Under the pieces are notes generated by a model. The model had not been told where the DNA came from and did no database searches. It worked only from the letters and a program-made list of their open reading frames with translations. From contig CDMY01000630.1 of assembly GCA_001179505.1 (NCBI GenBank), positions 1-46,475 on the forward strand: a stretch of 46,475 bases of DNA. Direction: 5' to 3'. Below, in pieces: positions 1 to 11,191 of this stretch. The translations under genes and the position numbers were made by a program. Origin of the DNA: Vitrella brassicaformis CCMP3155. Its lineage: Eukaryota > Protista > Chromerida. How positions within the stretch are numbered: position 1 is the first letter of the stretch; every line of letters starts with the position of its first letter.

Positions 1-491
1 CCATCCCACCCACCCACCCCGCCCACCCATTCATGCGTCCATTCACCCAGCCCACCACACAAGCACATCCATTCATGCCAGGCCATTGGTGCCATGCCAC
101 CGACACCCACATCCGCAGACACACACGTGTGTGATGCATGTGGTACGGAGCTAGAGTGCGTGCATTGGGAGTGAGTAGTGAGTAGTGTAGATAGCAATGA
201 TGCCCGCACAGACACAGTGTGTGGCATCCACTATCTTTGTTGATAACATACATCGAAGTGTCCATCGTTTTAAGTGAAACAGAGCTTCACATCTGTCTAG
301 AGGCCTGTCTGCTGACTGCTGTGTGGGACGCTCTTCGAGCGAGAGGGGGTGTCAGACAGCCATCAGCCAGGCCCCATTCATGATGCGTGATCGTGTGGGC
401 GAGCTTGGACGCGGGACTTGGTTGTGATGCGCATACATATCCTTTCGGGTCAAGGATATGCCGACATACGTGTGCCACGCTCACGCTGACA

Positions 492-2071
492 TGCCCAAGC
501 AGCAGAACGATCACGATGACGATGAAGTCGACGACTGGGGCAGCCCAGACAAGACACCCACTCCTTCTGCCGACGCCCTGCGTCCGATCCCCTGTGTGGC
601 GTCTCCCAAGAGCATCACCACTGACGGCGATGCCGAGGACAGCCCGGCTGAGTCGAGCCAGGCGGCCGTGGTTGAGAGGGAGGGCGATGCAGAGGCGGAC
701 GATGGCGATGAGACGGCACTGTATCACGATGCTGACGACGCCGAGGGGGAGCAGGGTGAGGGTGCAGCGGAGGCTGCTGCTGTCGAGAATGCGCTGCGTG
801 ACGATCTGTCGGAGGATTTCGAAGACAATGAGGGCACTGGAGGGCACTGGAGCCGACTGTGAGGAGGGGGATCCTCATGATCATGACGTGGTGGATGGAG
901 GGGAAGACGAAGAGGAGGAGGAGAATGAGGCCGAGGAGGGCATTGCTGACCCTAAGGTTGCTGGAGACGTTGTCGATTCAGGTACGCATGACAAGGAAAA
1001 TGGCACACGCCAAGGACGACGGAGCAGGGAATTCATTGGTCTGGCAGATTCGGATAACGAGGACGANNNNNNNNNNNNNNNNNNNNNNNNNNNNNNNNNN
1101 NNNNNNNNNNNNNNNNNNNNNNNNNNNNNNNNNNNNNNNNNNNNNNNNNNNNNNNNNNNNNNNNNNNNNNNNNNNNNNNNNNNNNNNNNNNNNNNNNNNN
1201 NNNNNNNNNNNNNNNNNNNNNNNNNNNNNNNNNNNNNNNNNNNNNNNNNNNNNNNNNNNNNNNNNNNNNNNNNNNNNNNNNNNNNNNNNNNNNNNNNNNN
1301 NNNNNNNNNNNNNNNNNNNNNNNNNNNNNNNNNNNNNNNNNNNNNNNNNNNNNNNNNNNNNNNNNNCCCCCCGCTGTCGATCTCACGGTGACCGGTCGAC
1401 GATGCCATGATGATGTCATATTGAAGATCTAAGCATCGGCTGCCAACAAATGCAGCCCCTACAACGAGAATGAGATCATCGTGGCCCCCGTGTCGGTGCC
1501 CAAGCAGCAGAACGATCACGATGACGATGAAGTCGACGACTGGGGCAGCCCAGACAAGACACCCACTCCTTCTGCCGACGCCCTGCGTCCGATCCCCTGT
1601 GTGGCGTCTCCCAAGAGCATCACCACTGACGGCGATGCCGAGGACAGCCCGGCTGAGTCGAGCCAGGCGGCCGTGGTTGAGAGGGAGGGCGATGCAGAGG
1701 CGGACGATGGCGATGAGACGGCACTGTATCACGATGCTGACGACGCCGAGGGGGAGCAGGGTGAGGGTGCAGCGGAGGCTGCTGCTGTCGAGAATGCGCT
1801 GCGTGACGATCTGTCGGAGGATTTCGAAGACAATGAGGGCACTGGAGGGCACTGGAGCCGACTGTGAGGAGGGGGATCCTCATGATCATGACGTGGTGGA
1901 TGGAGGGGAAGACGAAGAGGAGGAGGAGAATGAGGCCGAGGAGGGCATTGCTGACCCTAAGGTTGCTGGAGACGTTGTCGATTCAGGTACGCATGACAAG
2001 GAAAATGGCACACGCCAAGGACGACGGAGCAGGGAATTCATTGGTCTGGCAGATTCGGATAACGAGGACGA
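492..2071 (+). repeat. 575-bp direct duplication (492-1066 = 1497-2071) across a 300-N gap
   Basis: Sequence from TGCCCAAGCAGCAG to GAGGACGA recurs at offset 1005 and looks identical by eye. The left copy ends exactly at the N-run 1067-1366, but the upstream flanks differ. Probably overlapping contigs or haplotypes. Confidence 0.85.
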
Positions 2072-2117
2072 CCTGCCTTACCAAGAGCTGCCGGCTTTTG
2101 GTCCGCATGCGCGTTGA
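1433..2117 (+). pseudogene. Acidic low-complexity protein remnant, frameshifted
   Basis: ORFs 1481-1867 and 1470-2117 join into one D/E-rich frame if one copy of the tandem 10-mer GAGGGCACTG (~1836-1855) is removed. There is an in-frame TAA at 1430-1432. Confidence 0.5.
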
Positions 2118-3049
2118 TATAAGAACGCACGCATACACATTCCTTGTGTGCCTGTCCGGCTCCTTCAGCTGGTTTCGTCTCTCAAGAAGGCCTGAGGGTC
2201 CTCGCTCATCACACGCAAAACACCTCACGGTGGGCGAGAGATCCACCGATCGCTCGAGACACACACCATCCATTGCCTCTTCCGCTGTATGTGCGTGCAG
2301 GCTGAGTGAGATTGCAGAGCTTGCTGCGGCTGTCGCGGACTCTCCCTGCCCGGCCAGCGATGCCATCGTGCACCGCGGCAACCCCACTCCGTTCCAACAC
2401 ACCCACTCCACAGAGGTGCCCTCATCCACATCGGGCAATAGCGAGGACACGCCCTCAAGCACCAGCACCAGAAGCGAGAGGGAGCAAGCGTAGAAGGAGA
2501 GCTGAGACACATGCACTGCTGGGTGATCGCGTTGATACATCGGGCCGCATTATCATGTCTGTATTATTGGGTGCCTGGGTGTAGTCAGTAGCTCCCTTCT
2601 TTGGTTTGCTGGCAGACAATGGCCGGATTGATATTTGTGTGAAAGACAGTGCCGGAGACTGCGCGCGTGTGTGTGTGTGGTTGTTGCTGGGGGCGACGCA
2701 TCTATGTTGATAGGTGTGTGCGTGTGCCGTGGGTTGCATGCATACAAGGAGACGGCGGTGGCAGTGCTTATTCATTGACGCATTTCGTTCACTCACCCGA
2801 GTGACTGACTCAAGGCGCCAATCGTCTGGTATGCATCGATGTGAACTTTCTTATTTTAGTAGATACATGAACGGGCGACGAAGTTCGTCTAAGCATCAGT
2901 CGTATCAAGCAAGGAAAAGGGAACAATACATGTAGAAAACAATGGATTTAAGCGCTCGTTGGCTGCGAAAACATGTCGCACACTGCAAACAAGCGCGAGA
3001 CATCCAACATGACACACACTTTCACGAAATCCAGGTCCAGCCAGCCACC

Positions 3050-6000
3050 TCACAGCCCCGGAGCGGGGCTGGTGTGGGGCCTGTAAGGCCCGCGGCTGAC
3101 GAAGTCCTCCGGAAACGCGTTGGCTCTCCGTGGCCCTCTGGCGGCCGCCGCGCGCTGTGCACGACTCGCCACTTGAAACGCGTTGTGCTTCATCAACTCG
3201 ACGGACAGAAGCTGGCTCCAATGGTTGACGATGCTCTCTCGAAAAGCTCTGTCCTCCTCCGTGGGAATGGATGTGGGGCGAGGCTTTCGCTTGGCGAGCA
3301 TCTTGAGAAGTCCATGGTCTTCTCTCCCCATCTGCAGAATGTCTCCGCAGGGAGAGGCATGAAGCGGAAGCCGGCTGCTTGGGTGGTTGGTCTATACTTG
3401 TCGATCTTGTCTTTCTCCGCAAGCTGAGCCGCCTTGCCACCAGGAAGCTGTGCGCCACGCCGGTTGACTGTCCGGTGGAAGGGAATGGGGGAGTTGTCAG
3501 GGCGGCAGGGGTGGGCGACGGTGACGTCGAGCAAATAGTCGCTGCCGTCGATCACACAATAGATGTCCATGCGCTGGTTGTTGGGGTTGTCGTCAGGCGG
3601 GGTGATGCCGAGGCTGTGCAGAGACACCTCCACATTGGAGGGAACATCTGCCTCAGCCAGGATGCGAACAAACAAATTGCGCATGTTGTTGTGTCTCGTG
3701 ACCCGCTCACGGCCGGTGTGACACACGTAGAAGTGATCGCCAAACTTGTCGACCTCCCCGCCGCAGATGCATCGCTGCGAGACGGTTGCATGCGGGAGGG
3801 CAATGCCGAGACACCCGGCGACGGCATGGCGATAGTGGAAGTTGTTTAGTGTCTTGCTATCGCTGGAAGGGATTGCTGACAGCCAACCAGACGAAAGAGG
3901 CCCTTGGCAGCTCAAAAGACGGGCGCGGGCTGTGCTGTTGGGGGGGAGGGAGTTGAAGAGCTCGTTGAAGTGGAACTTGTGCAGTTGATCGGTCAGGCGC
4001 TGCTGTAGCCGAACCTGCGGTCTCGAGATAAGGTCCTGCAGGGAGGGGAGGGAGAAGGAGGGGCCGACCACCTCAGAGATGGCAGCGAGGGCGGGGACTA
4101 CAGCTTGAAGCCAGGATAGATCCAGGAGAGCAGCGGGCCTACCTTGAGGCATCCATGGTGCTCCTCGGAACCGGCTAGAGACATCAGATGCCGTCACACC
4201 GATCGAGCACAGAAAAGCCGCACGGGCAATCGTGGATGCAGAGACAAGGCCAAAACCTTCCAGCCGAATGGGTAGCTGCACTTGTGTAGAGACCGAGGCG
4301 GGGAAGTCGCCGGGAAAGCGGAACATGCGCCTGAATGCCGTGATAATGGCGGCGTCATGTCGCTCGGCGGCTGCCAGGGAGACATCGGATTCTGAGGGAA
4401 GGAGGCGCAGCCAATAGTTCAGCCGGGGGGATGCACAATAGCGGAGAAGAAGGCCTGAGCCTTGTAGTCCCTTCTGGGCAAAAGTCACGATTGCGTCGAG
4501 CAGCGGCTGGTGGCTGCTGGTGATCTTCTCGAGGCTGTGCTGGATGAAATAGTCGCCGCCAAGCGGGCAGCCGAGGACAGTGATGCCTTCAGTGGAGCAC
4601 TTGACGCCGGAAGCAGCGATGTCCGCCGGGATGTCGGAGTCTTGTTGCCAGCGGGGGCTCCATGCAGCACTCTTGTCTCTCCGCAGCCTCAACTTCTTCT
4701 CGGCCAGAAGCTGTTCGGCTCTGTCCACATACCCCGTAACACGTGTCTCGTCCAGTTCACCATCGATGTCGTCCATGAACGCACTAACGAAGTCGTCGGG
4801 GAACTCCTCTTGCAGTTTGACGAGGGCGGGGTGGAGGCCCAGGCAGAAGAGGAAAGGGCCCGCCGCGTCGCCTTGCTGGGTGCCCTCCTGACTGAGAATT
4901 GTCTCTGTGCGTCCGTCCTTCATGCGATACCATAGTTCAGCCGGGGTGCCGTAGAACTGCCAGAAGAAATCGACAAAGGACGGCCACTTTATGCCGAGCT
5001 CGTCGAGGATCGACTGACGGTCGATGCTGTTGAAGGCGTTCTTGCAATCCAAAGTCACCAAAACCCGTCTACCGGAATCATCGCGGCGTGTCTCCATGTA
5101 GGTCTGACAGGCCCTGAAAGTCTTCTCTCCGCCTGCCAACGTACCGACCGCAAACTGTAGAGGCGAGAAGTCCTCCTCAAAGGCAAGCTTGTTCTCCATA
5201 CAAACTGCCTTCGTCACCCATCTCCAAAGCACATCACCCATAGCAATCGGCCGGACACCACCGTTGTCTTTCATCAGAGCGAAAAGGCGGGCGGCCGAAA
5301 GAGTTGTAGTGCAGCTGTCCGGCATGTTACCAGCGAGCATCCGGCTGACAAGGGAGGGCAGGGGGACGGTCTCGTCTTCTGCCGAGGCGTCACCCTCTCC
5401 CATGCAGGCACGAAGATGCTCATACCGCCATCCCGTGGGGCCGGCTGCGGAACCTCGCGGCGTCGTCTTGAGGGCAGCCAGTAGAACTCTGGGCGGGACC
5501 GTGAGAGGGNNNNNNNNNNNNNNNNNNNNNNNNNNNNNNNNNNNNNNNNNNNNNNNNNNNNNNNNNNNNNNNNNNNNNNNNNNNNNNNNNNNNNNNNNNN
5601 NNNNNNNNNNNNNNNNNNNNNNNNNNNNNNNNNNNNNNNNNNNNNNNNNNNNNNNNNNNNNNNNNNNNNNNNNNNNNNNNNNNNNNNNNNNNNNNNNNNN
5701 NNNNNNNNNNNNNNNNNNNNNNNNNNNNNNNNNNNNNNNNNNNNNNNNNNNNNNNNNNNNNNNNNNNNNNNNNNNNNNNNNNNNNNNNNNNNNNNNNNNN
5801 NNNNNNNNNACCGTGAGAGGGAGGGGCGGTCCATCTGGGCCGTTCTGGGGCTGCGGCTTTGTGGGGAGCGGAGCTGCAGGGTGTAGGTCCTTGAGCTGCT
5901 GGAGTGTCGCCGCCGTCGCTGGAGCGACCTTGGCGGCCGTCAGCCGTCTTGCCGCATGCGACAGCTCTCCCTGTCTCACCAATCTCTCTGCTGCTCGCAA

Positions 6001-6900
6001 CTTGATCTCCTCCAGAGATGGCTCAGACACACCGTCCACTGGTCCATCGCCACGTGGAGCGAAGACGTGGCGACCCTGTTCAGCAAAATTCCTGGACTCG
6101 TCGAGTAATCTTTGCCACTCTCCAGCCCAGAACCGCTTGAAGCGAGAACCCCACTTGCGGCGGCCGCCCGTCCCGCCGCGATTCATCGGGAAGAGCAGCA
6201 TAGTCGGCACGAAAATAGCTATCAGGCAGCCGACATCCAAGTCCTCCTCATCCTTCACATACTTCTCGGTGGTATCCACCACCATCCTCAGCGACTCCCG
6301 GACACACTCAGGTATGCGGGATATGGTGCGAGACGCCCAGCTTGAAGTGGTCATCCCGTTGCTCGGCGGTGAGGCTGCGGAGGTAATCAAGCCCACGCTG
6401 CGGGAAAATTCCTCTCGAGCGAAACCAGTGGGAATCGTGGGGCGGGTCTGGTGGTGGACCAGGGGGAGGTGGAGGTCCTCCTCCGTGTGGGGGCAGCCCA
6501 TTGCCGCCCGAGTCACCATCTCCTGCCCCGCCATCTCCCGGGTCACCGGGTGGCGGGCCGGACGGCGGCGGGGGTACGAATCCGCCTCCACCTCGAGCAC
6601 CTCGGGCGCCTCGTGAGGCTCCACGTGCTCCTCTACCGCGACCCGTCCCCCGAGCTCGGCGCGCCGGCGGAGTGAATGTGTTGTGCTTTTGCGAGTAGAA
6701 GTAAGCGTCGTTGCCCCGCATGCGCCGGAATGACGAAGCAGACCGATACGCATGCTGTGCAACAGCAAAAGCCTTCTCTGCAAGAATGCCAGCTCTGCGA
6801 TTGCGCAGGCGGATATAGAAGGACAGCTGGCGACTGGGGGGGGTAGAGTTTTGCATATCCTCAGAGGGTTCTGGCCTACCCTTGTAGGGTTTTTTACGCC
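3050..6900 (-). pseudogene. Reverse transcriptase + CCHC-type zinc finger + restriction-like endonuclease polyprotein, with two apparent frameshifts
   Basis: Motifs SAAGPTGWRYEHL, GGVRPIAMGD, LDCKNAFNSIDR, GTQQGDAAGP (~4870), AFMDDI (~4770), CICGGEVDKFGDHFYVC...RHN (~3700-3775), RMDI...DVTV and ETFCRWGE. A 1-nt loss near 3310 moves the C-terminus (LKMLAKRK...PGL*) into ORF 3050-3331. A probable shift near 6330 joins the Gly/Pro-rich frame of ORF 6308-7039. The start is not resolved. Confidence 0.92.
5510..5809. other. 300-N scaffold gap, probably spurious (flanks overlap by 12 nt)
   Basis: ACCGTGAGAGGG lies at both 5498-5509 and 5810-5821. Merging them gives the continuous peptide GPPLPLTVPPRVLL. 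Confidence 0.8.
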
Positions 6901-7549
6901 TGCAAGCTTGAGTCTGAAGTGGTTTTGATAGCCTCCTTCCCGTATGAACTGTCTGACTTCCCTTTGTTGAGCGTGACGCTTCTATGTGCGCATTCTTGTG
7001 CGCATTGTTGTATGCATGCCTGTACCAGTGTTTGCGCATTTTGGGGGCATTGTCATTGTTGTGCGCATGCCTGTGCCTGTGTATGCATTCTTGTGTGCAT
7101 TGTCATTGTTGTGTGCATGCCTGTGTCTGTGTGCGTATTCATGGTTTAGTGTTTTTTCTGTTGCTGATGCTCTGCGGTTCCGCCTGGACACGTCAAGACG
7201 TTGTCGTCCAGCAGATCTTCTCGCCGACAAGGCTCCAGAGAAACCTCATCGAGAATGGCTCTTCCGATCTCAAGCACGCTCCCATCCGTCATTCACAAAG
7301 TAGTCAGCGTCAGCGCGTCAGTGAGTGAAGCCAATGGGCGCGGTGAGCGCTTCTACGGAAGGGAATCTCTCCCATCCAACCTGACTGACTGACTGGCCTA
7401 GCTCCTGTCTGTCAAGTTACATAGCGCTTGGAAGCTCAGGCAGGGAGCAACGGATATGTGACGTACTCCGATCGGACGCTTCTTGCCCAACGGGCAAGCC
7501 AAAACAAGAGCAAAAACGTCAGGCCCGGTTGCATTGTTGACGAAATCAT

Positions 7550-8265
7550 CGTAGGACGACCAGAGGCCGGTCTAGAGTCTCACCCATGAAGGACATACAT
7601 GCGTGACTGCTTCACCAAAATCATGACTGCAATATGAAAATGAATATGGCACTCTTTGTTCCCTGCAGGAAAATGACATTCATGCATCAAGATGGCACTC
7701 AAAAAGGACGAAAGGGGCGCACATGAGGTCTGAAAGGGCCTCGACTTATCATACCCTCATTGCACACTCCACGAAACCGGGCCCTTGAGTATCAGCAGCT
7801 GTATGTGCTCGACTTGACACTTGATATGTATTAAACCTCATCAATCCAATAGACAAGACTTGTGCCCAATGATTTGTTCTTGTGAATCTCTCACGAAAAG
7901 AAGCCTCTTCATCACATGAAACTCCTGTAGGTAGCCTTTTTCTCTTTGCCAAATCCTTCAATAGAGCCACTGTCTTCTTTCCCCATCTTCCAAATGTCTC
8001 TACTGCAAGAGGGACAAACTTATGGTCAGCACGAATGACATTAGCCGCATATTTCGCTTCCTTCACTTCCTCCGCATGTCTCGCTGCATCACCACCAGGT
8101 TCTGTCGCTCCGCGCCGATCGACTTGTCGCCAATGAGGGTTAGAGGCGTCAGGGCGGGTAGGATAAGTAACAGTGACATCAGCGGAGTATCCCTGTCCAT
8201 CCACGACGAAAAAGAGGTCCATGCGTTGATGATTCGGGTCGCTGTCTAGTGGAGTGACTCCGATG
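7550..8265 (-). mobile_element. 5'-truncated 3' end of a diverged, more AT-rich CRE subfamily (RLE domain + 3' UTR)
   Basis: ORF 7749-8222 (RMDLFFVVDG..ADVTVTYP..FVPLAVETFGRWGKKT..LAKRK..NHW) aligns by eye with the RLE C-terminus of the main element. The left boundary is approximate. Confidence 0.85.
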
Positions 8266-8687
8266 CAACGAGCTCTTCAACTCCCTCCCGCCCGACGGCA
8301 GAGCCCGCGCCCGTCTCTTGAGCTGCCAAGGGCCTCTCTCGTCTGGTTGGCTGTCAGCGATCCCTTCCAGCGATAGCAAGGCACTGAACAACTTCCAGTA
8401 TCGTCATGCCGTCGCCGGGTGTCTCGGCATTGGCCTCCCGCACGCAACCGTCTCGCAGCGATGCATCTACGGCAAGGAGGTTGACAAGTTTGGCGATCAC
8501 TTCTACGTGTGTCACACCGGCCGTGAGCGGGTCACGAGACACAACAATATGCGCAACTTGTTTGTTCGCATCCTGGGCTGAGGCAGATGTTCTTCCAATT
8601 TGGAGGTGCCTCTGCACAGCCTCGGTATCACCCCACCCGACGACAACCCCAACAGCCAGCGTATGGACATCTACTGCGTGATCGATG
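8266..8687 (+). mobile_element. Internal fragment of the main CRE family, inverted orientation
   Basis: Closely matches the reverse complement of ~3550-3968 (ELFNSLPP..SCQGPLSSGWL..DKFGDHFYVCHTG..RMDIYCVID). It carries small indels near 8577-8600. Confidence 0.9.
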
Positions 8688-10058
8688 CTTCGCTGCTCCC
8701 TACCTGCAGGATAAGACCGATTGCCTGTGGAGCCGAGAGGGCGTGACTTAGGGCGACTCCCTGTAGATGCTCGTCTATACGAGCGACAGCCTTTCTCTCA
8801 TTCATGCCTTGCGAGATGCGTGCGCGGAGGAGGGATATGAGATAATCTCTGAATGGGCAGTGGGCGGGGTGCAGCCAGACAAGGATACGAAAGAAAACAG
8901 GCCATCAGAAGCCCACGGGAGGCCAATAGAAGCCAGTGATGAGCCATCAGAAGCGGGGAGGGATGATACATGTGTGTGTTCTGGTGTTGCTGGCTTTTAG
9001 AAGCGTATGTATGTCTGTACGTATGCATGTGTGGACGTGTTGTATCTCAGTATGCCTCCTCCAGCAACGATGCAGCAGATGATAATCAGTCAGACACATC
9101 CATCCAAGCACTAACTATATGTAGCCATTCAGAGGAATTCTAGTAAGCAACTCAAAATGTCGTTCCTTCCCCTTCGTCGCTTTCAGGCTGGTCGACGGAT
9201 GCCTCAAGGAATGATACCACCGGTAAGGAGGGGAGGAACAAAGGAAAGAAGCAAGGGGAAGAGGGAGGAAGGGAGGGAGAGACAGCACATCTCTTCGCGT
9301 TTCCGTCCATACACCCATCTGTCCAGCTCTCCTCCTCCTGTTCATCCATCGTGCGTGCCTTTCAGGGTATACGTCATCCCGCTGCCCCTCCTGGCCAAGC
9401 AGGTACAGCTTCTGCTGCTTCGATGATACCAACACCAGCAGGGGTACCAGCACAACAGCCGCCACCACAGGCGTGAGAGGAATGAAGATGATTGATTGGT
9501 TTGTATGCGGATGGATGTGTGTTATTACGGGAGCACTGGTAGAGAGAAAAAGATAGTGTCCCTTATTCGTGAACGCTGCGTGAATGGATTACGAATGTGT
9601 GTCTGTATGTGTGTGTATCTGGACTGACTTCGAAAATACGCGATGTAACTCTTGACTCACCCACACATGAAGAAGTCCAATATGCGAATAGTGACATAAC
9701 ACGCATGTCAAAAACACCACTGTCGACCGAAAAAAGTTCGCATTCATGTTGCCCTTGAGGCTCTTCGCCAACGCCAACAAACACACAAACTGCACAAAAA
9801 AGAGCGAGCAAAGCTTTTGCGAACATAAACAGTCCATGGCAGGCCACTATGGCTATAGACTCTGCAACGTACTTCATCATGGTGCACGTGAAGGAAAAAG
9901 ACAGCATAGATGTGACCTGATTTACGGACAAAACAGAAAACACCAACCAGATGAGGCTTCCGAAACACTCAACGTACACTACAAAAACGCGCGAAAGAGA
10001 CACACTGATGCAGCTCAGTGACTACAAAATCATACAACACCTTTCCATGTCAAGAGAA

Positions 10059-10694
10059 CTACACCTCTTCGCTTCCAACTATGTACGGAGAGGCCCTACC
10101 ACTGTGTCCAGGCGAGCCCTTGTCGCCTTTCTCACCCTTGTCACCTTTATCGCCCTTCTCACCCTTGTCGCCTTTCTCCCCTCGATCACCCTTCTCGCCT
10201 TTGTCGCCTTTATCGCCTCTGTCGCCTTGTGGTCCTTTCTCTCCAGCAGGGCGAATGAGGTCTAATAATGAACTCGCTATGAGCCCCATGGATGCACCAG
10301 CCACGCCACCCAGCCAAAGCATTGCAACCTTGTCTTGTCGCGTGACGTCGCGATCGATGATGGAAATCAACACATCCGAAGCGCCTTGCAGTGTGATCCG
10401 CAAGAGCGATATCACGTCTTGTGCATCCTCGAAGATGCCCAGGGCCTGCTCCCTTTCGAATACCGCACTGGCGTCTGGGACTGTGAAGTCGACTTTCTCG
10501 CTGGTTGCCAGTGCATAATGGACTTCTTTAAATCGTCCAGGGGGCAATGCTTCATCGAACGAGAAGTTCGATTGGACGATCGTCATATAGCCGAGGCGTG
10601 TCTCTGATAGCGGTCCATCTTGGTCTTTCGCAACATGGAAGTTGAGCCAGCCGCCAAAAGCTGGAAAAGATTCTTCATTGGGCGTGAGCACCAT
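10059..10694 (-). CDS. Intronless collagen-like repeat protein with a hydrophobic segment (virus/phage-like)
   Basis: 16 G-X-Y triplets, mostly GDK/GEK/GDR, at 10101-10244, preceded by hydrophobic VAMLWLGGVAGASMGLIASSLL. The frame extends upstream past a TAG near 10790, so it may be a longer, degraded gene. Confidence 0.7.
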   Translation of the reverse strand: MVLTPNEESFPAFGGWLNFHVAKDQDGPLSETRLGYMTIVQSNFSFDEALPPGRFKEVHYALATSEKVDFTVPDASAVFEREQALGIFEDAQDVISLLRITLQGASDVLISIIDRDVTRQDKVAMLWLGGVAGASMGLIASSLLDLIRPAGEKGPQGDRGDKGDKGEKGDRGEKGDKGEKGDKGDKGEKGDKGSPGHSGRASPYIVGSEEV

Positions 10695-11191
10695 TTCTCC
10701 CTTCTCCTCGTTCCATGAAGGTGGCGACGCTTCTTCGTAGGTGTAATTCGTACCAGCTAGATCGTAGTCACCGCTGGGAAGATACGCTACCTACGTGGAC
10801 ACCCTCCAGTGTGTCAGGTCGGCGTTGCTCGCTTGGCCTGGCGAGAGAAGTGCAGATCTCTCTCACGCACGAGACGTGTATACAGCTCGTACGAAAACTT
10901 CAAACGAGCTTTGAAATCATCGGAAACCCAGTATTCCGCTGGAGAACCAGTCATTCTTCGCCAAATTGACGCCAATTGCATGTGGTTGTTTGTTAGCACT
11001 GGTGCTCTCCATGCTGCTAACAACTCATTAGCGCTCCTGACTTGGACGTGACCGGTAGCAATTCGTGTGAATCAGATGGGGAGTAAGGAATGGCAGACAG
11101 GCAGCTATTCTCGCGACTGAATAGGAAGAGATTTTTGAGACGTGTGCGGTTCATTTACTCATGCATGTGCACACAAGTTCGGGTATGGTAT

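Larger units (their letters stand above)
2846..7540 (-). mobile_element. CRE-clade (RT + RLE) non-LTR retrotransposon, near full length
   Basis: Contains the RT-RLE ORF. The 3' UTR is homologous to 41900-42127. The 3' end abuts TTCACAT (2845-2839). The 5' boundary is inferred from the leader motifs (7331-7538) and is uncertain. Confidence 0.9.

Noticed and set aside
4510-6616. Plus-strand ORFs 4510-4935 and 5189-6616; also 287-847, 881-1852 and 38745-39341
   Set aside because: Antisense shadows of GC-rich coding sequence on the other strand.
6980-7142. CRE 5' internal repeats as the source of the 60-bp satellite
   Set aside because: They share only TGCGCA/GCATGC words and do not align colinearly with the monomer.
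9744-9968. Adenain/Polinton-type protease motif (SGHIYAVF...YSHSGLP)
   Set aside because: Only a loose resemblance: the Trp and Asp are missing, no downstream catalytic Cys motif is evident, and the opposite strand looks equally coding.
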